DNA of 64,000 nucleotides from Octopus sinensis. Taxonomy: Eukaryota. The notes under the pieces were generated by a model. The model was not told the DNA's origin. It saw only the letters and a program-made list of their open reading frames with translations, and did no database searches. A program made the translations under genes and the position numbers. Location of the stretch: assembly GCF_006345805.1 (NCBI RefSeq), contig NC_043005.1:82088001-82152000 (forward strand), read 5' to 3'. Positions 1-12,727 of the stretch are shown here, piece after piece. How positions within the stretch are numbered: the stretch's first letter is position 1; every line of letters starts with the position of its first letter.

Positions 1-134
1 TTCTCTTACATACTGCCCAGGTTACAGTGTGAGATCTTAAGCAGTTGGAATCGCATTCATAATACATATGTACACATGGCTGGCAGAAGGCTTTTCCTAA
101 TAATAACTTTTCGTAATAGTAAATTTTCTTTTCT

Positions 135-560
135 TTTATCTTTTACTAGTTTTGACTTTTGGTGACCAGCCATGCTGGGGCGCTACTTAGACGTCTTCTG
201 TAGAAAGAATCAAGCCCAGTGCTTATCATTTAATTGTGGTAATTATTCAAAACCGTCCCTATTACCGAAGCGCTAGGTTATGGACACGTAAAAAAAGCAA
301 ATATTGCTATTGCTAACGGGCGGAATAAACACCTGCTGTTAAACGGTGAGGAGCGAACACACATTCACACACGCTCACATACACAGACACACATACACAC
401 ACATGTGTATATACAGGACAGGTTTCCTTCAGTTTCCATGTACCAAATCCACTCAAAAGGATTTGGTCAACCCGAGTACCGAAAATGCCATGCAGTTGGA
501 CTGAGCCCGGAATCCTGTCATTGGAAACAAGCTTCTAACCACATAGCCACGCCTGCGCCT
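135..560 (-). mobile_element. Degenerate tRNA-derived CORE-type SINE (family A)
   Basis: Reverse complement matches the better copies at 8256 and 24505: head ending ...cacatagccacgcctgcgcct, internal (CA)n, tail ...ccagccatgctggggcgct. Confidence 0.75.
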
Positions 561-1187
561 ATAATTAATGCGTAATTCTAATCTTTTATAAAAAAGCGTA
601 ATTATTGAAGTCAATAGTGTAAACTCAAAATTAGGCAAAAGTAGGATCTTCATTCCGTCATAGCAACACGTTTCAAAATATTTTGCTACAACTATTAAAA
701 TATGTTGCTTACAATCCAGCGAAGGGTCTCCACGTGATCACTCATCTTATAGTATATAGCAAGCAAATCTTTTCTAGCTTTAAAATCTAAATAGTAATCG
801 CAAAATGATATAATGGTTGCGCTTGCAATGATCAATAATTTCATTACTGATCTGCTTGAATTATGGTTAAACATCAACAACACAATATCTTTTCCAATTC
901 TTGAAGGATAATACTAGTAATCTTCAGATTTTGAGCTTAAGGTTGATATTTCCATTTAGGAATGAATTTAATCTTTTTTTACGCAAATGGTATGATTTCT
1001 AATGGTAAAGTCGAGAACAAATGGTTCAGTTCATATATAACTTGGTATAAAAGTTGGTGCGTAAATGTTCTTAACGTTTCTTCTATTTAGGAAATATTTC
1101 ACTATCAGTCTAACATTTATGGGAAAAATAAATAAGAAATCAATAAATACATCACCCCACATACACACACGCATATATGCGTGTTTG

Positions 1188-1236
<49 letters not shown>

Positions 1237-1313
1237 CATACATATATATATGTGTATACATACATATATATATATATATGTGTATACATACATATATATA
1301 TATATATATGTGT

Positions 1314-1359
<46 letters not shown>

Positions 1360-1364
<5 letters not shown>

Positions 1365-1665
1365 ATCTTATTTTATTTAGTTTCAGCTCACAAGCTGTGG
1401 CCATGCTGGGGCACCGCCATTTGCTGTTGCTACATGGTTTTACTTCACGAATGCTTTTTAGCAAATGCCATCTAGTGCATGAGAGAGTTCGATGCATCTG
1501 CACCTCCTGCTGTGAAATTGGTTCATCTGGGACACCTGACAAGAAGAGATCTAGTTTCATTTTAAAGACATCTGCATCCACCCCAAGCAGGTCTCTTAGG
1601 TTCTTCGGGAGAATATTGAAGAGCTGTGGGCCTCGGAAGCCCAGGCTATCACAGTATCTTGTCAT
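1360..1665 (-). mobile_element. 5'-truncated non-LTR retrotransposon 3' end (CR1/Jockey-group-like ORF2 C-terminus plus 3' tail)
   Basis: ORF 1363-1758(-) contains [43 protein letters not shown], a typical post-RT LINE C-terminal segment; ends in an A-rich tail next to (TA)n. Confidence 0.75.
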
Positions 1666-1825
1666 GCACATACATATATATAAAAATACGCACAATGTAT
1701 AAGATGGAGAGATAAGTAGACAGATAGACAAATAGACTAACAGGACAGATAAATACATAGAGAGAGAGGGAGAGAAAAAAAGAGAGAGGAAGAAAGAAAA
1801 AGTGAAAAAAAGGAGAGAGAAAGAA

Positions 1826-1872
1826 ACTGTAAAGACTCCGAAGTTTCGGCTTTCTTGCCTTCATCAGACAGT
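1826..1872 (-). ncRNA. Degenerate minimal hammerhead-ribozyme-like motif
   Basis: Minus strand reads ACTGT CTGATGA A GGC AAGAAA GCC GAAA CTTCGGAG TC TTT ACAGT: core and stem II intact, stem I offset by 3 nt. Confidence 0.4.
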
Positions 1873-2619
1873 ACTGAGTGATCCACATTAATGGTAAATC
1901 GATTTTATATATAAGTTGACATAAAAGCGAGCATAAATATACACATGCGTGCGTGTGCATACGTACGTATTTTTTGTAGGCATAATTCAAATTTGGTGCG
2001 ATGCACTAAACCACGTACTGTTATTGTCAACACTCTTACTTTTTGGAGTACTTTTGTGCCAAGTTCGGTTCCTGTATAATAATACTTGTACTGTCTTTGT
2101 TTAAATTACATCAGATATAAATGCGACGATAGTGAATTCGGTTTGCAGGGTTTAACATACGGAAACTGCTAAAGCAGTCTTTTTAGGCCTTTTAAACGAT
2201 TTTCTTGTTATTTAAATGAATGCATAGAAGTTATCTGAATAAATAAGATAAAGTTATGAGTAGAAAACTGAAATTTCTGAGTTATTTTTGTTCAAAGGCT
2301 GTATCAGCATCACATACGCTGATGTATATAATTTGTTGCACGTAGATTATTTACGATTATTTACACATTTTTGGTAATCTTATGGAATTCATATCATTTG
2401 TGGAGAAATTTTAAAAAGAGAAAAGTTGAAATAAAATTTAATTGAGTAAAATTATACATACATATTCACATATATACTCTAGTTTATAAGTATATAAATG
2501 TATGTATATGCCTATGCCCATATACGTATAAAATATGTGTATATATGTATATGATAGATCGTTAGCTTCTACACGCATATTTATTTTCTTTTTTTTTCTC
2601 TCTTTGTTTTTTCTGTGTA

Positions 2620-2657
2620 TCTTTCTGTCGAAGAGCGTAGGCTCGAAGCGTAAAAGA
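2620..2657 (+). ncRNA. Variant minimal hammerhead-like motif in a second repeat family
   Basis: TCTTT CTGTCGA A GAGC GTAG GCTC GAAG CGTA AAAGA: 5-bp stem I and 4-bp stem II in the correct register; two core deviations (A6>T, A15.1>G). Confidence 0.45.
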
Positions 2658-2988
2658 CTTTTTCTATTTCTATCCCTGAGCGCTATACTAATACGTTTAT
2701 TTGTTTGTACTCCACCTGCCTTCGTCTTTTGTTTATTTTCGTAAACTTTCCCTTTATATGTGTGTGTATATCTGCGTGTGCATGTGTGAGTGCGTGTGTA
2801 TGAGTGAAATAGTGTGCTTGTGTCTATATATATCTGTTCGGTGTATAAGTCGATATACTCAATATATAATACGTTCTTATCTGTTTCGATGTGTGTACTT
2901 GCTTATATATTACTACACACACACATACACACACAAGAACTCACACACGAACACCCCCCACATCCACACACATTTGTATGTGTATGTA

Positions 2989-3224
2989 CAGTAATCCCTC
3001 GACTATCGCGGGTGTTATGTTCCAAAACTCCCCGCGATAGGTGAAAATCAGTTGAAACAGTACTGTGCTGTATACTTGTCTTTTTTTATTATTTTTATAA
3101 TTTATATATATTTACTTTATTACAAATGGAAAACACCAACACGGAGGAATCGACATAAGCTTAAATAATAAACCGCAATAGGTGAACCGCGATAGGTGAT
3201 CCGCGATATGGCGAGGGATAACTG
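2989..3224. mobile_element. Tigger/pogo-like MITE (236 bp)
   Basis: TIRs CAGTAATCCCTCG / CGAGGGATAACTG, TA duplication on both sides (2987-2988, 3225-3226); related copy at ~36124-36571. Confidence 0.85.
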
Positions 3225-3874
3225 TATACGTATGTATCTATGTATGAACTTACCAACATAGCCTAGACATTACTTAATATATGTAATGATGTTTATTTAA
3301 GTGAAGCGTACCGCTAGCTATTCGCTAAGTGCTACGTCATCACATTTCTAAACAATTATTGCCTCACACCGATGAAATGTTTATCAGTGTTGCTATTAAG
3401 AAAGCATATTGTGGAAGAATTCACCAACTGAAATCGTTTGTATTGGCTGTCTGGCATGTTGTATAAGCTCATAGTAGTATGACCCAGAGACACAATTACA
3501 GGTCGAATCGTACTGATCAATGCAGTAGAAGTTACAAATAATCATAGGCTTTCTGGCTGTTGTTGTCGTGGAAGTAGTAATTGCAACATGCATAGCGCTG
3601 ATAATCATTAGACTAGCTATGAATAAATTATTTTACGTAGAACAATCATCAGTACAGATAGAGGTTTTAACGACCAGACGGCTAAGGCTATAGAAAACAG
3701 TGACCTGATCTGCAACCATAGCGCCAATTACTATATAAGCAAATGAACTTACACACGGAGGAATATGATCTCGCCAAACTGGCTTTTATTAACATCTCAG
3801 AAAGCTGAAGATGTCTTCAGTGTACAGCACATTCATGTTACGAAGTAGTGCTGCGACAATCGTGAGATCATATC

Positions 3875-4270
3875 TTCATCTGTATTTCATCTGTTTTTCA
3901 TCTGTATTTCATCAGTATTTTAGCTGCATTTCATCAGTATTTCAACTGTATTTCATCAGTATTTCATCTGTATTTCCTCTGTATTTCATCAGTATTTCAT
4001 CTGTATTTCATCAGTATTTCATCAGTTTTTCATCTGTATTTCATCTGTTTTTCATCTGTATTTCAGCTGTATTTCATCAGTATTTCATCAGTATTTCATC
4101 TGTATTTCATCAGTAATTCATCTGTATTTCATCAGTATTTCATCAGTATTTCATCTGTTTTTCATCTGTATTTCAGCTGTATTTTATCAGTATTTCATCT
4201 GTATTTCATCTGTGTGTCATCAGTAATTCATCTGTATTCCATCAGTATTTCATCTGTATTTCATCTGTTT
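3875..4270. repeat. 11-bp minisatellite (TTTCATCTGTA / TTTCATCAGTA), about 36 units
   Basis: Directly visible tandem array with T/A variants at one position. Confidence 0.95.
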
Positions 4271-5612
4271 TTTAAAAGTATAGGTAGTTGTACAGAATAA
4301 CTTGCACAATCATACTTATATGATACAACTGTGCTAAGAGCTTGCACATGAGTCGTTCAGATCTGGATCGTATATATAGCTATGTGGTTTCGTCATGTCT
4401 ATATTGCCTTCTGTAACCAGCGTTGATGAATTCATCCGTCATGAATTTTTCTCAAAGATCCTTTGCTTGTTCACGCAGAAAGCGCGTGCATCACGCGATT
4501 GTGATTTTATGCCGAAAGTTGCAAAATGTCACATTGATGGATTAAAAACGTTAGTTTTTGTAGAAGACACACAGGGCTGGTGAGCAAATATGACAAATCT
4601 TTAAAAAAAAGGAACTCAAACTTGAACGTAGTCGTATTTCTAATAGGAACGTTTTGAAAGAGTAGTTGTCTCCTGTTTAATTTGTACGTTCGTACATACA
4701 CTGACACACACAACACAGAAACACACACACAATACCAGGGACACACGGGTACATGCACATATATGCCGGTGTATATAATACAGGTACGGTGTATCTGTGC
4801 ATATAATTGTATGCATTTAGTATCGGTTAGTTTCAGGTCACTACCGATTTAGTATTCTCATGTTCAAATGCATTTCACTCGTGGCTAATTCTTGTTCTGG
4901 TGTTTTATTATCTACATTGTCAAATGTGTTTTCGCTTAGGAAAGAAAGAAAAGCCAGTCTCTGAACTGAGAGAGACTGGAATCTTGTATATTTACGCGTG
5001 CAAATGACTTTCACCGTGTATATATAATGCAGTTCTTGAAGCTGTATCCTTCTAAGTATTCACAAAGTAATCGAAAATTCTAAAATGAAATGAATATCCA
5101 ATGAGAAATGTTCAAGTGTTGCAATTAAATGCTGCCTACTGAAATCTCATGGCTCCTTTTCATCTCCTGGTCAAGATATATCTTCTATATTTATTTCGAT
5201 AATCTTTTAACGTCGTTCACTTTCTTATCTTTGAATAATTAACGCTTCATTTACTATATATCAATATCCAGCAGTATTCTCTCCAAGTGCTTGAGTTCAC
5301 TCTAGCTCAAAATTTGGCAAACGTTTACACATTCACCTACACGCATGCATATTTACCTACACACATACATATACACACGCTCACATATGCATGCACAATC
5401 TCTCTCTCTCTCTCTCTCCCTCTCTCTCTCACACACACACTTGTATATGTGCGTGCACTATCACAATATCACCTATGTGTGCGTGTATATATATATATAT
5501 ATATATAATTCACTCTCTCTGTCTCACTGTATCTATCTCCCTATATTATGCATACATACATACCTATATAATACACAGACACAGACACACACACACACAC
5601 ACATACATACAC

Positions 5613-5671
<59 letters not shown>

Positions 5672-5685
5672 AATATATACATACA

Positions 5686-5716
<31 letters not shown>

Positions 5717-7199
5717 GCACAGACACATATTTATTTATAATTGGCTTTTCAAGTATTTGGATTGTGAATGTTTGCATATCTGTGTGTGAGTGTGTGTGTG
5801 TGTGTTTCTCTGCCTGTCTGCCTCTTTGCATATTTGTGTCAGATTATACTATAAACTTCTATTCATAAGGTACATTTCCGCTTCCTATTGACAAATCATT
5901 CTATTCATTTCAATAGTTATTTATGCATTGGTGGCCAGTTGTTGTTTTTGATTCCAACCCATCTTATAGTCGAATAATTAATTGGCAGCTAGACAATAAT
6001 GGAATCCTATAAATCGTTGCGGCTTTAATTACTCATACGTCCCATTGTAGTCAGTGCTTTTACGACCTAGCAAACAGGCAGAAGAGCTTTGTTAGTCTTA
6101 CCATTACATGAAAAACCAATCTTAAAGATGCATTAATCATTAATGGGTTTGTGTTCATCTAGTCGATTTGATATATTTACGCACATAAACACACATTCCA
6201 ATTCATGGACACCCGTATATTTCCATGTTTGTATATCAGGCCAATGGAGGATACTGGACGTGTTATTTTGACCTGCTATTTATAATCGCTGAATATTTAC
6301 TGACTTAAACCAGAAATCGTACTTTGAATAATATATTTCGCATCATCATCAGGTTGTTTTGCTTTTGTGTTTATTTCCTCCCTGCTTGAGGTTACTGTGG
6401 TCTTTTCTGTAGGCTTTTCTTTCCACGGATGAACCTAATCTTGTTTGTTACTTAAAAAAAATTCTTCTGTGATACACGATCCCTTTTGATCGCTTTTTTT
6501 CCCCGATCCCTTTTGATCGAAATTTTATATGTGTTTCCTTTTTTTCTTTCTTCTTTTTCCATCTTCGAAAAGAAAAGCTCTACATTTGTATTTGTCTCCT
6601 CTGTGTTCAACCCGGTGTGGCCAATAAAGAAAGATATTGTTTTTAACTGAAGTGCGTACATATTGTGATTCGAATGCCTTGCGTATATCACTGCAGAATG
6701 TTGACTCAAAATACAAATATTCGGATCAAATAACTCAAGACATAGAGTCCGACAGATTAATAATTATTTTAGTCAGCTGTTTCAAATGAGTCCATTACTT
6801 ATCGATGCGGAAATCGGGAAGAACAAATTTGAGCTCAGCACAATCACAACCTAGAAAGCAATAATCCGTAATATATAATTCGATCAGGTTTTTTAAATCT
6901 ATTTAAACATTGTCTCAGATTTTTCCTCAATAAATTGTTAGTAGTTATGACTGAAATATTTCGGATAATACTATGTTTAATCTCTTTCTACCTGAAGCTA
7001 AACATCAATACATAATAAATGACTCATGTTGTTTTTGTATGATTCTAGGTCACCTCTTTTCAAGCGGACCCATATGGAATAACATTTTTTACTGGACCAT
7101 ACCGTCCTACCCCGTCTATTTAGATTCACTTAATCTTAAACTACATTATAAATTTATCCTTCTTTTAAATGCGATACAATGCAAAATAAGAGCAACCTT

Positions 7200-7550
7200 T
7201 TCAAACTCCACCTGTCTAACACCCGTGGACATGTTTACAAAATCAGATAACAACACAGCTCCCATGACTTTCGGAAACATTTTCTCACGCTAAGTGTTGC
7301 TGAAGCATGGAACAAACTGCTGGCATCAGTTGTTAATTGTCGGAGTACTGTATCCTTCAAAACTTCCATGCTTCCAGAGATTCGCCAACACTACACCTGA
7401 TTTTCTCCCCTCCATACCCACGCAAGCATGTATCTGACTCATAAACTGTTAACTTCCCAGACATTTGTACATTACTGCATATGCTTTATACGCACTGTCT
7501 GACAAGTTGTGCACCTGAGCACTGTATACAATAATTTCATTATTATTATT

Positions 7551-7624
<74 letters not shown>

Positions 7625-7625
7625 G
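7200..7625 (+). mobile_element. CR1-clade LINE 3' fragment with 3' UTR and (CAT)n/(ATT)n tail
   Basis: 7200-7400 translates FKLHLSNTRGHVYKIR*QHSSHDFRKHFLTLSVAEAWNKLLASVVNCRSTVSFKTSMLPEIRQHYT*, matching the CR1 TRGH...R..FF..RV...WN.LP..VV...S..SFK signature; one premature stop. Confidence 0.85.
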
Positions 7626-8255
7626 GTTGGGAAACGATATGCATATACCTGCTCAATATTAAGTCTTTCATGTATGGATATAGGCAGCAGGAAAATTTTC
7701 CATATAAGAATAAATGCAATTGTTGGTAAAAGTCTGAGACACACCAGCGTTGTTTTGTCTAAGAATGCTAAGAATGGTTAACTAGTGCATCATGCTGTGT
7801 CGAAGAACAAAGAATTTGAAAATGCCTGTTTTATTGTGCCTTGCTGTAAATGGGTATTGAACAAAATTTTCCTTCGTGAGTCAAGAGTAGACATCGGAAA
7901 CTATTACAACGTTAAAATTATAGCTTTAATTATTGCGCATAACTTCGAAATGGGTATTATCACTGAAACGTTAACTGCGGTGATCAAGGAATATGTATCA
8001 ATGATTAGGTAAGATTACTCTCTGGCTGAACGATCAAGGGAAGCAACATCTACAGTTTGTGGTATCTTAAACGCCGCAAGCAGATGTATTTCTTGTTACT
8101 ACCACTGAAGTTAGTAACTTGCGTTATTTCTACAACGTATTATTTACCAAAGAGCATTAATATGAAAATCTATTATGTTGGCTTCCACCCTATATACTAT
8201 ATTTCCATTCACCACTTTTGAAACAGCAGCGGTTTAAAAGTTAGTTATATCCAAA

Positions 8256-8420
8256 GGCGCAGGAGTGGCTGCGTGGTACGTAGCTTGCTTACCAACCACA
8301 TGGTTCCAAGTTCATTCCCACTGCGTGGAACCTTGGGCAAGTGTCTTCTACTATAGTCTCGGGCCGACCAAAGTCTTGTGAGTGAATTTGGTAGACGGAA
8401 ACTGAAGGAAGCCCGTTGTA

Positions 8421-8451
<31 letters not shown>

Positions 8452-8652
8452 TTGTGTGTGTGTTTGTCCCCCCACCATCTCTTCACAAGCGATGGTGGTG
8501 TGCTTACGTCCCCGTAACTTAGTGGTTCAGCAAAACAGGATCGATAGAATAAGTGCTAGGCTTACAAAAAATAAATCTTGGGGTCGATTTGTTCGATTAA
8601 AGGCGGTACTCCAGCATGGCTGCAGTCAAATGACTGAAACAAGTAAAGAATA
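8256..8652 (+). mobile_element. Full-length CORE-type tRNA-derived SINE (family A)
   Basis: A-box-like TGGCTGCGTGG, B-box-like GTTCATTCC, CORE-like ACCTTGGGCAAGTGTCTT, internal (TA)n(TG)n, tail GGCGGTACTCCAGCATGGC...GAAACAAGTAAAGAAT. Confidence 0.9.
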
Positions 8653-9069
8653 GAGAGTAAAGCGTAAATAATGCTGAAACATTCGAAATAATGTAATTCA
8701 TATATTTGCTACATAAATACACTGTCAACACTAAGTTATAGTGAAGCTAATTAATGATATTTATCGGCGCCACTCAACTCAATGTTTCTTAGAAATATCT
8801 CCATGCAATAAGTTAGTTAATACAGCGCCCAAACAATGGTAGCTGGCTCGGAGCTATCATGGATAACCAGATTTCTAAATAGACAAGTATATAGAAACTA
8901 CCATTATTAAACAAATACTGAAACAAAAGCCGTTTTGTTTCGGTGCCAAGACAAATGAAACAAATAATAAAGACACGTTGGGATTATTATGTGATGAATT
9001 TTGAAACTTGGTATTGATTGCTAGTTTAAAATATTCGGATAATGAAGCAGGTATGATTGTTTCGTTAAG

Positions 9070-9390
9070 AAGCTTACTTAACCCCGTGGTTCAGTCCTAC
9101 TTTGTGGCACCTTGGGTATATTCATATATTTATATATATATATATATTGTGTGTGATTATTTGTGTGTGTGTGCGTGCGTGATTTTCTTTGCCATTTCCA
9201 CCATTCGAGGGTTGGTATCGTTTTTACATTTCCTAGTCTGCAACCTAGCGGTTTGGTAAACCGCTTGATAGAATAAGTATCAGTTTCCATATTATAAATA
9301 ATTACTGGTATCGATTTGTTCGAATAAACACTACAAGGCAGCGACCGAGAATAACCAAAGTGCAAGGGATAAAACGAGTAAAACTACAAA
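9070..9390 (+). mobile_element. Degenerate family A SINE
   Basis: GTGGCACCTTGGG, internal (TA)/(TG), GATAGAATAAGTA...GTATCGATTTGTTCGA similarity to the 8256 copy. Confidence 0.65.
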
Positions 9391-10140
9391 AGATAAGGGA
9401 TTCCAAATACTTTCGTAACGTATCTGTATAACATACTATTTAAGGGATCAACATGAATTCCTTTTATATCTGTTCTGCTATGAATCTGATGTCTCTCTTC
9501 AATAGAAGATCTGATTGATGTGTTGCATGCGCATGTAACAACACTTTTCCGCCTTATTTACGTCGAAGGTTTCATTAATCAAAGGGAAGCTCCCATATTC
9601 CTCTCTATCTGACTTGCTAAGGTTTCAACAGGCCAATGACTCATTTTATGCATGCATACAAGTTGTCCATAAACCCAGCTTATTAAATTCACATTTCGAT
9701 TATAATTCAATTAATATCGATTTTAGTGCCCGAAATGCATAATTATGAATAAAAAGACGTATCTTCCATTTTCAATGGAGGGATAAACCTTATTTCTAAA
9801 TAACTATTAACAGGTCTTGGCAAAATGTATTAACAGAAATGGTAAAAATATCTTGTATTATTTTCTCAGGACATATATCTGTAATGTTATCACTCGCCAT
9901 ACATATATCTCATAGATTCGCCTTGCAAGCTCAATAAGTGAGTCCTTCATTTGCTTATATAGTAAGACTGTTTCTTTCTTAAGGGTAACCACGTGCAAAA
10001 TATTGAGGCCATTATAGTTAGAGCAAATTTCGCTTTAAGATATAAATACACAAAAGCGCAAGATGTCATTCTTACTATCTATCTATGTTTGTTTCTTTCC
10101 ATCTATCTATCTATCTATGCCTATGTATATATATATATCT

Positions 10141-10445
10141 CGAGATCATGAGACCGACCAGGCTATGAGATGTTGCTACACATTGCTGGTCGCAATGCGC
10201 TTCACATTGTTTTAGCCTTCAAATGACGCCACCCCGCTGACTAAGCGAGCAGGCCAACAGAAGAAAGAGTAAGAGAAAGTTGTAGCGAAAGAGTACAGCA
10301 GGGATCGCCCCTCCCCCTGCCAGAGCCTCGTGGAGCTTTACGTGTTTTCGCTCAATAAACACTCACAACGCCCGGTTTGGGAATCGAAACCGCGACCCTA
10401 CCACCGTGATTCCGCTGCTCTAACCACTGGGCCATTGTGCCTCCA
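10141..10445 (-). mobile_element. tRNA-derived SINE family C, tail type 1
   Basis: Minus strand has A box TGGCCCAGTGG and B box GGTTTCGATTCCC; core GTTGTGAGTGTTTATTGAGCGAAAACAC...CTGCTGTACTCTTTC shared with the 57345 and 63468 copies. Confidence 0.85.
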
Positions 10446-10472
10446 AACACACACACACACATACACACACAC

Positions 10473-10540
<68 letters not shown>

Positions 10541-12569
10541 GCTACCGTCCATTGAGTCCTATGCGATAGTGTTCAAATTATTCCAGCAAACCATTCCCAT
10601 CCAGAGTGTTGTCATGATACACACACGTATCTCCCACAGTTTCTCTCTCTCTTTCACTCACTATGTAGATCCAGTGAGCTGTTTCTCTGTAACATTCCAT
10701 CTGATTAGATACATCGGATTCACAGTAAAGTGTATGATGTCTGAAACCTAGAAAACATACAACTTAACACATCATGAATAAAATTTAAAAAATGAATATT
10801 TCGTTCGTTTGAAGAATGGTGATGTAAGGTTCAGAATTCTAACAACTTACCTTTTCTATAGACTATTTTATATTTTAGTTAATTTGTTTTACTAATTTAA
10901 AAAAATATATTCTTCAGTTATTGTTCCATTCTTCCTTCAATCCAAAGGACGTCAATTCGTAGAGGTTTCCCGTTCAGTCTCTGAAAAAAACACATTTTCC
11001 TCAACAGCTACAAAAGGAGATGTTATATATCACATGTTTCAATACATCGATGCGGTCTATTCATAGCACTGCGCATGCTTTAAGATAAAAAAAAGTTAAA
11101 TTAGAACAATTTTAAACATCAAATAACCAGAAATTGTAAGAAATAAAATATAAACGATATCACAAATTATTGATATCGACTAGCGGCTGATGAGAGGCAG
11201 ATGTATGTATGTATGTATGTATGTATGTATGTATGTATGTATGTATGTATGTATGTATGTATGTATGTCAGTCAGTCAGTCAGTCATTATTCAATTTTAT
11301 TTCAAGATTGCCAATAGAGAAAAATCGGTTTCTAACCTAGATCCAAAGCCCCTTCATTGGAATGTCAGCATCAACAGGGTATGTGTATATGTATGTTCAT
11401 GTATATATGAGTTTATATGTGAATGTCTTCGTGTATATGTATGTGCCGTATATATGCTTCATCAGTAGTTAGGAATGCTTCTCTTATGTTCCCCAAACTA
11501 CAAATCAAACATTAATTATCAATGCACTGGTGTCTCGGTTTCCATGAAAGAAGAGTTCTGGAATAAGACAAAAATACCGCAATTGCCATGTATAATACTG
11601 ATGATGTGTCTCTAAACTAACACATGAGAAACCCTTTTAACCAGACCGCTGCATTGTTTTGAAACCCATGGTATATAACATCTCGGTTCGCAATTGTTGA
11701 CGCCGAGAGAAGGCGAGAAAAGAAAAACAATGTTTTTTTTTTTTTAGACTGAAAGGAAATCTTTTAAAATTGAATGGAAAAGAAGCAAACAAATGGACAA
11801 TAATTGAAGAATAAATGACACATTAGGAGAAATGAATTAAGATAAAAAAAAAACAACTCGTCAGGCTATTTTTAAAAACGGTATTATGGTATTGGTATCA
11901 TTGTGTTTTGTGTTCCTTACATTTGAATAATAATTGTAGCAGAAATAATATTTTCAAGAATTTGTATTTAATCGAATTAAGAAATAATTCACTTGAATAC
12001 CTTTAACTGTAATTGCAAACATAAAATCTAATTCGATTCAATACACAAGAAATATAAACAAAATCCAAGAATTTAGTGTTTATTTTGGAACTACAAATTT
12101 GCACCAAAAATTTGAGCATAGAAAACTATCTTCTGGTATTAAAAGAAAAAAGAAATATCTTTCAGAAGTTGCGGAAGACATTATTTAATATATCCTGCAT
12201 CTTTCAAAGGAATTTAATGCCGAGGTCAGTGTAAGTAAGATCTTATCTTGAAGTCCCGAAGTTATGCCCATCCATCAGTTCGTGAGTCCGGTTGCCCGTA
12301 TTTCTATCCGTCTGTCCGTTCTGCTAGTACCTCGCTGAAATCCCATCTATTTCTTGGAATCAAGCGACGCTGTAAATCCCTATGATCCTTTCATAGTACA
12401 GCATAGCTGATTCTAAAAGAGCGAAATGGGGATGAATCGGTTCCGATGTTTCTATGTTTATTGATTTTTAAGAAATGTAAGGCATAGTTTGACTCGAGGT
12501 TAACATATGAACTCGAAAATTACTCCAGGCATTAGATCAATGTACTGACGATTCTGGTTATCGGCCAAA

Positions 12570-12727
<158 letters not shown>

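Noticed and set aside
3811-4116. 101-aa ORF with SISSVFHQYF repeats
   Set aside because: Produced by the 11-bp minisatellite (33-nt periodicity).
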